This document shows positions 14,001-26,000 of a DNA stretch of 64,000 bases, one piece after another. The translations under genes and the position numbers were made by a program. The stretch's first letter is position 1; every line of letters starts with the position of its first letter. The stretch comes from Amphiscolops sp. MND2022 (taxonomy: Eukaryota), in contig OZ076409.1 in assembly GCA_964187785.1 (NCBI GenBank), positions 88,414,001-88,478,000 on the forward strand. The letters run 5' to 3'. The notes beneath the pieces were generated by a model. It was not told the origin of the DNA. It was given only the letters and a program-made list of their open reading frames with translations, and did no database searches.

Positions 14001-17000
14001 TGAAAGGGCCCACGTATTATTTTTTTCAAAAATGCTGATAGAAATACAAACTGTATGTTTTTTGGCACTGTGTAGTTTTTCATGAAACTTTTTCAGGCAC
14101 AACACGAGGTCCCGGGCTGGTTTTTTGGATTGTTTTCATTTGGCGTACACCCTTTTCTGTGTTCAAAAGGTCCCCCATGTTTTGTTCCTTTAGCCTTCTC
14201 AAGTTCTTTCATTCCAAAAATGGATTCTTGCTTCGGTTTTTGATGTTTTCATCGAGACGCAACTATTTCAAAGCTCAAAGGATTATTCCTTCGAATCTTT
14301 TTCGGCCATTTGATATTTTAAGTTTTTTGTGTAAAAACAACTCGATGACAATTTGAAATACGTTGCGTGTTTTCAGCTTGCGCCAACTTATTTCGTTATG
14401 GAATTGTTTTTCCTTCAAAATTAACTTGAGCGTTTAATGTTCAATTTTTTGAAAATATCTTGCAATCTAAGAATTCCAATTGATTCGTAGGGTTGGAAAT
14501 GTTTCGTAAAAATAAGTTTCGGCTTTTGTTTCAGATAAAAACGTTGTACTCAGAATTCGACGATCTTTACTACGTGACCGGAGTTAACTTCTACCAACCA
14601 TCACCAGCAAAACCTTTCTACATCAGATTCGTTTTCAAGTTAGTAAAGAAGCATAAAGCTACGTTTAGAAGCTTAAATTTCATTCAGAGCAATGATAAAA
14701 AATTATCCCCAGGGCGGCTTTCAAAGTTGTGAACCAATTTCGAGAAAATCGAGCACAAGTTATGCTCGATTTTCTCGAAATTGGTTCACAATTTTGGAAA
14801 ATAAAAAATATAAAAGTTTCTTGGAAGTTCATCTAGTTTAAATTAGTTTTTTAAATGTCTTTTTCCGCCTTAGATTTGACTTAATGCGTTCATAAAAAAT
14901 GAAAATGCGCGCAAGAAAGTAATTCTGATAACGACACTCCGCGTATAGGGGATGATTTCCTTCTTTATCACACTACTGTAATATGGTTAATCATTGTTGA
15001 CTAATTAGGACATCAGTGGGATCAGAGACTTCATTGAGACAATACGACAAAGACGAGAAAATCGAAGAAGTCAAAGTCCCAAGTGGAGACTTCTCTGACA
15101 ACATCAATGATGTCCTCAGTGGAGACGGTTACGTAAGTTGGAAAAATCCATTTGATATTTGTCCCTTCATAACCCAGAAGAACGAATGTAAAATAGAGCC
15201 TATCTCAAGTATGATTCGACGACGAAACAAGTGTCTAACCCAATTAGGCATGCAACTTACTCCGGTTACGTAATCATTACCAGCAGTGAACGGAACTTAG
15301 AATTGAATGCATGAAAATGTGAAAAAAGTTGCTAAAACTGAAATTCAAAGTATTCGAAATAAATTGGATAATATGCTTGTCGAATTCTATTGATATCATT
15401 GCATGAGATATTTATAGCACGCTGATCTCTTGGTACGAATTAGTACACTGTCACGTGGCATGTGTTAAAAAATTGATAATCGACACACCGGATTTTTCTA
15501 AACGACCACATTTAAAGTTGAAAACGTTTTAAAGTTTGTTGAATCCCATTCTTATCTTAAAGTATGCGCCTTTTAGCTTTTTGAGTGCCGACCTAACCAC
15601 TTGGGCGAGTGCATGGTTTCCTTCTACCCACAGTGGGCAGTTGCGACAGAACTCATCATATACATTGTACCAGAAGACCCAGATCAGAGTTTGGAAATCT
15701 ACATTCAGCCTCACGTTTGCGGTCTAGGTTAGGAAAAAGTTTCGGTTCACTTTAAATACAAATACTGCAGAGAAAGTCTCAGATTCTCAGATCATAAAAC
15801 CTTCTCTACCGGGGTGAAATTTCCTGGGTCGATCAAAACTTGAACCTGAAAATCAAACACCTTAGTTATTAGCCTTAATGACTTGTCTCCTTGCTAAGCA
15901 TATTTCTGCGAGATTTTAGCGTAGAACTTGATAAGGTTTGGTTTCCAATCAGCAGTAATTTTTACGTTTTTCCAGGTGTTTGTGACGAGCCAGACGATCC
16001 AGCTGAAGACAACAAGAAGGTAATCGACTGTGAGGGTGACTGTTATGACTCTGGCACTACGTGTCTGGACCCTATGACTGAAGAAATCTCTTTCATCATT
16101 CCACCCACTGCATACAATCCAGACCAATCCCTGGACGATGGGTCGATGGGAGAAATGTCCAACATTCTTTTCATTTATGGGTATGCATTTTCCTGTTTCT
16201 GTTTTGTGTTTGCATCTCGTGGGCCGTAATTTTTCATTACATATTTCCGAAAAAAATAGTTGAATATAGAAGAATCTCGTGATATAGAATATGCAAGAAA
16301 TGAAAAATAACTGAAAGTTTTACGATAGTAATTACAGTAAACCCTCGATTATCCGCCACTCGATTATCCGCCAACTTTGGTCATCCGCCACAAATATAGC
16401 AGGACATTTTGCTATAGCACACGTTTCTAAGCTCCCTTGATTAACCGCCACTCTCACTTATCCGCCATAATCCGCTCTGGACCGATGGTGCTGGATAATC
16501 GAGGGTTTACTGATACTAACAAGCCGGAGCAGCATAAGTCGGTGCCCCCTTACAGTTCAAAAATAGCATGAGTAGTTCAAAGCGTATTCTCTTCCACAGT
16601 ACCAAAAAAACCCAAAGGGGGCCTGTCGCAGGCTGCCGCCTGTGACGGCACAAGGATTACAACAACGGCTGTTGGCCAGGATGTGGCCCCAGGAACTCTC
16701 CCTATCTATTAAAGTAAACTAAAACTTTCTCTTAAACTTTTACGTTGCTCATGTATTTTGTTGCCATATTATTTTAGAAAATAGCCAAAAAGGGCCGTAC
16801 TGGGACGTATTCCCTTATTACCAAAACTTAGAATTATTGCACTTGTTGATTATTTATGGTCAACCTTAGTCTTGAATGTTAATTGTATATTAGTCTGTTA
16901 ACATAGATTGTGTTGTGTTGTTGTATTATCAATGCAATGTAGTAATAATCAAAGATTATGGCAAGCAACTTAGAGAAAGTACGGAAACGAGTTCAAATGG

Positions 17001-20000
17001 ACTCCTGTACTTTCTTGCCAACGCCACTTGCGCTCACCCAATTAGCCAATCAGAGGCCTTCATTTTCGTGTGCTTTATTCTCTTTTGCCAATTACGGCCT
17101 TTGTACAAACCGGACGAAAGTGCTATTAATGCCGTTCAGGCAGTCGGCCTAATCCGGCTTTTCAGTCCGCCATAAACAAAGCACTTGTGATTGATGCTAA
17201 TTTCATGTAATGATATTTAGTTAATAGTTAGCTTTGTTAATCATGAAGTACCAATCTGAAGTGTTAATTGATGTTCTGTCGTACCATTAACAAATAGTTA
17301 TCCAATTTGTTCTAAAATAGCTGTTGCATGAAATCTGATATTATTGCCTTATCAGGCCTTTTGCCATTGTACCCATGAAAGGTATTTAGACTAAACATAT
17401 TTGTTGTGCTGCCACGTGCTAAAGTATGCGCACTTACATCAACAAATACCTGTTCAATGAAAATATTTTGCCAAATATGTAAACGATGCTAACGGTTGAA
17501 TGATTGTTCCTTTGATGTATAATATTTGGAATGGATAGCGTTCATCCCGTGACCATCAAAAATGCAGTCATATGATATTGTCTTAGTCAAAGAATGTAAA
17601 GAATGAGAGTGTCACTCTTTCGGGGGTATAAATACCCGTGCCTTTGAGAGAGGAGACACTTCTTAATTTGCTCGCTTCTGAAAAAGACTATCATATTAGT
17701 ACAAACGGTTTCACTGTTATTTTCGAGATATAATCTAATTCAATTTTATACTCGAAGTTTTCCTTATGCCTACTACAAGAAAACAAAAGAAGGCTAGAAA
17801 GTCCAGAGGACTAGAGATCCTTTCTGATATCGAAAATCTAGATATGATGTTAGGAGGCGATCGTTACAATGGAACTGAAAGAGAAAGGAGTTTAGACAGT
17901 AACTCCGTTAGAAGGAGAGAAAGTGTCATAAGTAATAACTTGGACAATGAGGGCGAAAGCCTATTTTCAAATTGCAGAAATGATGAACCTAGGACAAGTG
18001 CCGATTTTGGCCAATATTCAGCTGAAGCAAACTCACTAGCTGAGATAAGCAGGTTGTCTAGCGAATTGAACTCTAGGATATCCCGTGAGATGGATGAAAT
18101 GATGAGTAATGTTGATACGCTGATCCAAAGGGCCATTAATGAGGCTATTAGCAGTCAAGTATTGCCTCAAATACAGAATGTCATAATGGCCGCATCAGGC
18201 CGAGAGACCAGAAGGGGATGGGAAGTCCCAGTTGAGAGATCGGAAGCAAATGCCGAGGAACAGCGAATTCCAAACGCTAAGGCCGACTGTAGAAATGAAC
18301 AGAATGATGGATACCGATCTGGTGGACCATCTGCCCGTCACGTTCATGACATGGTGACAGGAGACAACGAATCTCCACTTCAAGTTCCCGAGTTTCTCAC
18401 GGGACGAGTCTCATCCAGAAACCATCTCGACAGGTCCTATGAGGACATCAACCTTGACACGACGATCCCAATGCAAGAGAGAAATGCTCCGGCTGCTCAA
18501 ACTGACCCTATTACTCGACTGGCAGATGTCTTGACAACGATGCAGAATAGGCCGACAGCCCAACAACTCACTATACGCCCAGTCAATTCCAACACAATGA
18601 CTTTTGATGGCAAGAGTGAAAAATTCGAGCTGTTTGAGGACCTGTTCCACACGATGATCAAGATGCAACCGGAAATGACGGAACAGATGAAAATAAATCA
18701 CTTCCACTCACTGCTGAGGAAGAATGCTCTCCAAACCTTTCGGAACATCAGCTCGAGCAATAGACAGACTTTAGAGGACGTATTGGTAATATTCAGACGA
18801 AAATACTTCAAGCCCGAATCACAGGCGACTGCCAAACATAAATGGCACCGTCTAGTCTTTGATCCCAACACGATGAAACTGCCAGATTTCCTTGAAGAAT
18901 TAAATCGAGGGGCAGAAAAACCATTCGGGGATCACGCGCAGAAAATGATTGACAGTTTGCTCTACGCAAAACTGCCACCAAAACTGAAGCGGTCTGTAAA
19001 CATGGCCAGACTCGAAAACGGCTCTTATGACGAAATAGTTGCTCATTTAGAGAGAGAGTTAGAACTAAATGCCCTTGAGGAATCAGACGACCTACCAATG
19101 GCCACAATGACCTCCTCGACAACAAAATCCAAGACTCCTCTAACTACTGGGCAAATGTCGGACATCACTTGCAACTATTGCAAGGAGAAGGGCCATATAG
19201 TCAAAGACTGTGAAAAATTGAAGAAGAAAAAGGAAAAAGATGCCCAACAAGGCAAACAAACTCAGAAAAAGACGTATCCGGAGTGTGGCACTTGTGGTAA
19301 AAAGAACCACCCGGAAGAAAGATGTTGGCAAGGTGCTGGTGCGCATCTCAAACCCAAACGCACCAGACCAGATGACGCTAATGACGGTAAACCCAATTCA
19401 AAGGCGCAGAAACCACAAAACAGGTCAACATCTTCCAACTCACAGGCCTCATCTTCCAATGATGAGTCAAAAAACTAACTTCGCCACGACTCCAATACAA
19501 TCAACTAATATCCGTCCGTCAATACATCAGGTCGGATCCTCCAACAAAAACTTTCCATGAATATCAACAACAATTGATGGGTTACCCCTCTGTTGTCTGG
19601 CAGCAACAGATGGAGAAGGCCATTGTTATTACCTATAATAATACCCATCTGTTCCAAAAACCAATTCCTGTTTGGGATCCTGACTACACAACCACCTTTA
19701 CAACCCGATTCAGGCCCATTCCCTTGATCGACGATTACAATCCAACGTACATCGACCCAGATTATGGCAGAGATCCCTATTGGGACATTGAGATTTACAA
19801 CCAGGACCTCCTACAATTCCAATACGTCCTGGATGATATAGCCCATTACCAAACTACAGTCCACGAAAACCCTCCGATAACCCATAACAAGAAAACCAAA
19901 GCACTAATCGAAAACTGGCAAATGAATGATGGGACTCACCATCCAGTATTCCCGAACCCTTTGGGAACCGAAATTAACGAAGCCAGTACAGAACCAATTC

Positions 20001-23000
20001 CACAATCACTATTGGACGAGAAACAATTCCAAAATATCCTCATCACCAAAGATGGTGAACCAGACTGTATACCACTTTCGACCAGTATCAACCTTAAATG
20101 CAAAAAGCGAATGTTGTACTTCCCGATGGACTTTGGATAATTAACCATAGACGGCCTAATTGACACTGGAGCACTTTCCAGTGCAATCCCTGAAATGGAC
20201 CTCCGGAAAATCCGACTTTTATCACCACAATCAGTTATCCGAGAAGGTCCGCCTCCGAATTTTCAAATAATGGTCGCAAATGGCCAATTAGAAACTCCCA
20301 AGAGTACCATAGAGCTCAAATTTGAGGTTGGTGACATTGAGTTCCATGAAATCTTCATAGTAATGGAGAATCTAACGGGACCGATCATTGGACTAATGTT
20401 CCTTCAACGAAATCATACAGTACTGGACATGAGACAAGGAATTTTGAATTTCCCGTTCTTTTCAATGCAGCTCAAAACAGCTGACCATAAGTACTCAAAC
20501 GTACTTGAACCAATCCTCAACCCTACTGAAACAACCATTCCGCCAAATGATAGAGTCCTAATCCGGACTAACTCCTTACTATACCCTGAAAATGCTGTCA
20601 CTGGGATTTTGCAACCGAGCGACTTTCTACATGAAGAAGGCGACATCACATTCTGCCCAGCCTTGGTCACTCTGAATGACGGCAATATATTGATATCAGT
20701 GAGCAATTTCACAGACCACCCTTATAAACTCAAAAAGGGACTACATATTGCCAATTTCTCCGTCATGACACCAGAACAGATGAAGTATGTTAAACCGGTA
20801 GATCCAGCATCAACCTGGCACCTTTTGCAGAATGACCAGGAGCAAGCAGCCCATTATGTCAGCAGTCTCATCAAAACCAATAGAAATCCACAAAACTCCG
20901 AAAATTATTGGTTCCCAACTCCAGAAAACCCTGGAAATCCTGAGGAACACACACCTATACAAAAACGAATCCTACGCGAATTACAGACCCTACAGGACCT
21001 GGAGACACTCGACCCCACCACAGATGCAGAATCGCGTGCAAAATTCTTAGAAAACTTCGACTGGAAAGATTCCACCCTTACTCCTGAAGAGAAGGAGAAA
21101 ATAGAGGAATTGTTAGTGGAATTCCACGACATCTTTGCACGACACCGATTTGATATAGGCATGAACGAGGACTTCAAGGTGAAACTGACGCCTAAGGATG
21201 ATTCCCCGGCCTATAGTCAAAGCCTCCCAGCTCCTATCAATCTGAAGGAGGATATCCTAGTCGAATTAGCCATGTTACACAAATATGGCATCACCACCAC
21301 CCTACCGTTCTCGAAATATGCGAGTCCAGTATTCGCACAAAAGAAACCGAACGGAAAACTCCGACTCTTGGTTGACTTGAGAAAAATCAACAACCTCATC
21401 TCAGATGATTATATCAACAACAATCATCCCGTCAGTACACTAGTTGACGCCGCCCAACACTTGGCAGGCAAAAAACTGTTCTGTAAATTAGACTGTTCGC
21501 AGGCATACCACTGCCTACCAATGGCTGACCAACGTTCAATCGAAATGTTGGCTTTCAATTTTACCAGTCGCACATTCGCCTACAGACGTTTGGCACAAGG
21601 CCTTAGCCGGTCACTATCCGCATTCTCGAGTTTCATGAGGGAATACCTCGACAAAGTCATCAAAGCGGATCAGTGCGCCCAGTATGTGGACGATATCGGC
21701 ATCGCAGCCAATGATGTTGACCACCTCATGACGAACCTGAGAGCTACATTCAAATGCATTCAGGAAGCAGGCCTTAAGTTAACAATGCACAAATGTCATT
21801 TCGGTGCAAAAGAAATCGATTTTCTCGGACGGACTATTACCCCACAAGGCGTCAAACCCCAGAAACAGAATGTGCAAAACGTTCTGGAAAAGACTAAATT
21901 CCCGAAGTCGAAAAAGGCTTTACAGCGCTATTTGGGATTCCTAAACTACTACAGGAATTATGTCCCAAGACTCTCCGAACGCCTTGCTCCATTCTACAAG
22001 ATGCTCAAAAGTGACGAAAAGGTCCTAGTATCGAAAGAATTAGTCCAACAATTCGAAGAAATCAATAGAGCGCTAGACAAATGTTGCGACTTGGCCCTAC
22101 AACAACCCATTCCGAACAAACAAATAGCACTAATGACTGATGCAAGTTTTGGTGCAGCTGGATACGCGGTCCTAATCGAAGACGACCCAAGCCAGAAATA
22201 TACGTCACTCAGAAAATCATATGCACCAGTAGCATATGGATCAAAAACTTTCACCCCAGCGCAGATAAAGATGTCAATTTACGCCAAGGAATTCCTTGCA
22301 ATTTATTTTGCATTCAAAGAATTCGGACATATCTTCTGGGGTGCGCCGAAACCGGTCATCATCCTTACGGACAACAAAGCTGTTACGAGATTTTTCCAAA
22401 CGGAAATAATACCCCCAGCCCTGTGGAACGCGTGTGATTATGTCATTCAATTCAATTTTGTCATAGCACACATCCCAGGGGCACAAAACACAGCTGCCGA
22501 CTATTTGTCCCGATTAGAAGCAGATCCGAAGGACAAATTGGTGATGAAAATTCGTGAAGATGTACAGACACTACCAATCGAAATCAATGTCCAATCCGCA
22601 GGGGTGTCGCAAGAAGAACAAATCTTCTACACCAATGACGACGATGAGACAGAAGAACAGTTTTGGGCAAGAAAAGAAGCAATCAGGAAAAATCCAGCAA
22701 CTGATGAGCCCACTGTTACTATACAAACTCTGTCAACAAATCTGGTCAAACAACACCCCGATATACAAGTCCGATTGAGGAAAACGAACCAGATCATTAT
22801 CGAGCAATCCAAAGATGCGGTACTACAACAATTGAAAGCAAAACTGCTTCATGACGAGTATTCAGAAAATCTACTGCACCAGGATGCCCGATATAGACAT
22901 TACGCAAACAATCTGGAACGAATTGTACTAAAGGTCGAAATCCTGACAAGGCAATATTTCGATGAAACAGGGAATGTTAAATACCATCAAATTTTACTCC

Positions 23001-26000
23001 CGCAACATTTACTCCAGGAATTGCTCCAATCTCTTCACGGGACAGCGCATAAACATCCCGGGATTTCAAAAATGCTGCAGGAAATTCGACAGAGATATTA
23101 CTACCCTAGCATGGCTAAACACGTCAAAAAGTGGGTAGAAGGGTGCGAACAATGTGCCAGAGACAAAACAGTCCCTAATGCAACGATCACACCTGAGCTG
23201 CTCAACTTGCCCGAATGGGACCTTGGACCTGAAGACGCCATGCAAATCGACCTATTGCCGAATCTTCCCCAAGTGGAGGGTATGAAAATGTCCTAACAGC
23301 AATTGACGTATTTTCCAGATACTTGTTCGCATATCCTCTTACGGACTCATCAGCGATCAATGTGGCGAAAGCGCTCATTGATATCATGACCAAGCATGCA
23401 TATCTGCCAACAACCCTTATTACTGATAAAGGAACTGCATTTACTTCTACAATTATCGCGGAGGTTACGCAGATTTTGGGCATCACACTCAAATGTGCAA
23501 CGACAAAGCACCCGCAAACAATTGGGAAATTAGAGCGGACCCATGCCTCATTAAAGACGAATCTCAAAATGGCATGCGGGGAATACCGCCGACAATGGCA
23601 TAAGTACTTGCCATTAGCAGTACTTAATCATAATACTAGCTATCATGCCAGCATCGGTTGTGAACCAACAAGGGTATTCCATGGCAGAATTCCCTATAAT
23701 ATTCTAGATCACAAGCTTGGAAATAATCCAAACGAAAAAATCAGCCCTACAACCGAATTTGCTGAAGAAATCCAAAACCGGACAAAAATCCTGATTGACA
23801 AAACGAAGCAGAACATTATGCAGTCGTATATCAAGTACAAAGAATATTACAACCGTAAAGCAAAAGCTGCTCCACTAAAGGAGAACGAATACTGTTTTGT
23901 CTTACAACCGAAAGCGGACAATCAAGGATCAAAAATTCCATTCCGTGATTACCGTTGGGTTGGACCATTTGTAGTCCAAAAAGTTTTGCCAAATGAAAAC
24001 TATATAGTACGACGCATCAATACGAACAAAACTCAAATTTTGCATCGCATTCGTCTCAAGAAGTTCGTCCCCAATCAACCGCTTGAGGATAATTTCCGAG
24101 AACAACAGCTGCAACCAGACGAAGAAATCGTCATTCCGCAAGATGATTTATACGTCATAACGTGGGAAACAGATTTTGGCGAGCAGCTAATTACACGAGG
24201 CAACGAGCCTATTCCGACTAGCGTGCCGAATGGCGAACAACCGAATGCGGCGCAGCCGAATACAAGTGACGCACACGAGAATGAAGTGGATTATGTAATC
24301 ACGAGTGATAAATCAAATCTTGCCGATCGTGCGTCGCATAGCCGGAATGAACGATTAATTGATGACGTCACTACAAGAAATGAAGCTAGTGAACAGTCTA
24401 GAAATGAAGAACCTGATTGGCCGAATCCGGCCATTTCCCCAAAAAGCCACGAAAAATCTTTGCCGGATACGGCAGAAAGCCCAAAAGACAAGGAAATTTT
24501 CCCATATGAAAATTTGCGAACCGAAACTGATGCACAAAAATCTCCAAGAAGGGGGGATGATATTATCGTGCCCGAAATATCTGAAAACGATGCTAGAAAT
24601 GAAAGTCTGAGCCCTAGAGGAGGGAAATATAACCTCAGGCCTAACCCTAACCCAAACTACTCAGAAGACTACAGATATTAGAGAAAATTAAATTCGGCTC
24701 AGGAAATCAGCCCTGAACTGTTTTATTCTCTTCTCTTTTACCTTTCTTTTTACTAGTCCCATGCAGCAGTATCTTTTGAATAAATAATGGGACACTTGGA
24801 CGATCCCTTACAAAGAAGATAAATACGGGATCAGAAAAATCGAGAGCAACAAAATGAAATAAATAATACAAACAGAAAATCAACAAAGTTTACAGTCTGT
24901 AAGTACATAAATACATATGTACAATTAGCTCTTAGAACCACCAGCAGAAGATTCACCAAGGACAGACGAAGCTCTACCCCGGGAACAACTCTTTTCCATC
25001 CGCCTCCGCTTACTATCACTGGGTGGCCTCACAGCAGGAGCATCAGGCACAGAAGAAGTATCAGCGAAAGTGGGACTTCTAAAATAGAATTCTGACCCGG
25101 CGAGAACAGAGCGATAAGAAGTGACGAGAGTCTTCTAAATTGCTGAACGGCCGAAGCTGTCTACAAAGGTCCACGGGTCGTAATCGGCAGTGAAGGCAGT
25201 CTGTCCAATTGTCGAAGACAATTCGAAGAATTTCTCGAGACGAGACTCAGAACAGCAGGCAACCAGAGAATCAGGCACTGTTGACAGATAACTTTGACAA
25301 GGCAAGATGACGTCCGCTAAACGAGACTGAAGCCCCTTTGTGTCAATCTTGCCCAAAGAAACAGGAGGATACTCGGGACTCACAGAAGTGATGCAGAGGC
25401 AACTCAGTTTGAATAGATAACAAAGATGCTCATGTGTGTGGAGGAACTCCAATCCCATGAAGAAGTAAATGAGATCAGGAGGATCGCAGGAGGAGCTGAA
25501 CTCGGAAGAATGGTTGGCTCGGAGGTAATCCAACAGGGCAACGTACTCGTCCCGGCAAACTGATTCATTGGACGCTGAAACCCAGGAACGCAGTTGGAAA
25601 GTGGAGTACAAACGGTCAAAGTGCCGCAAAGCAATTTCCACGGGCCTCCTGAAGAGGATATGCGGATCAAACGCAGCCAGTCCTTTGATGAGGTCAGATC
25701 CGAGCTCGGAGTGTTGGAGTACTCCGGACAACAAGAACTTGATGAACTCCCTCGCACTCTTTACAAAGTCTGATTTCGCACTTTCAGCAGTCTTGTCGAT
25801 GGCTGCCTTACTAGACTTCTTATTGAAATGAAGCCCCGCTGCCTTCAATTTGCTTGCACTGGTCACTTTACTGGCAATCTTGAGCCGCACTAGGAAATCT
25901 TCATCACTCATAGGTTTGCCCTGACTGATTCAAAAGTCCATCAACAGGAACCAAGCGCTTTCCAGAGGCACTGTGTCAGGCTGGTAGATGCGGAAGCAAA

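Noticed and set aside
16915..17175. 86-aa and 64-aa ORFs duplicated at 31204-31464
   Set aside because: Duplicated only because they lie in the LTR; no coding signature.
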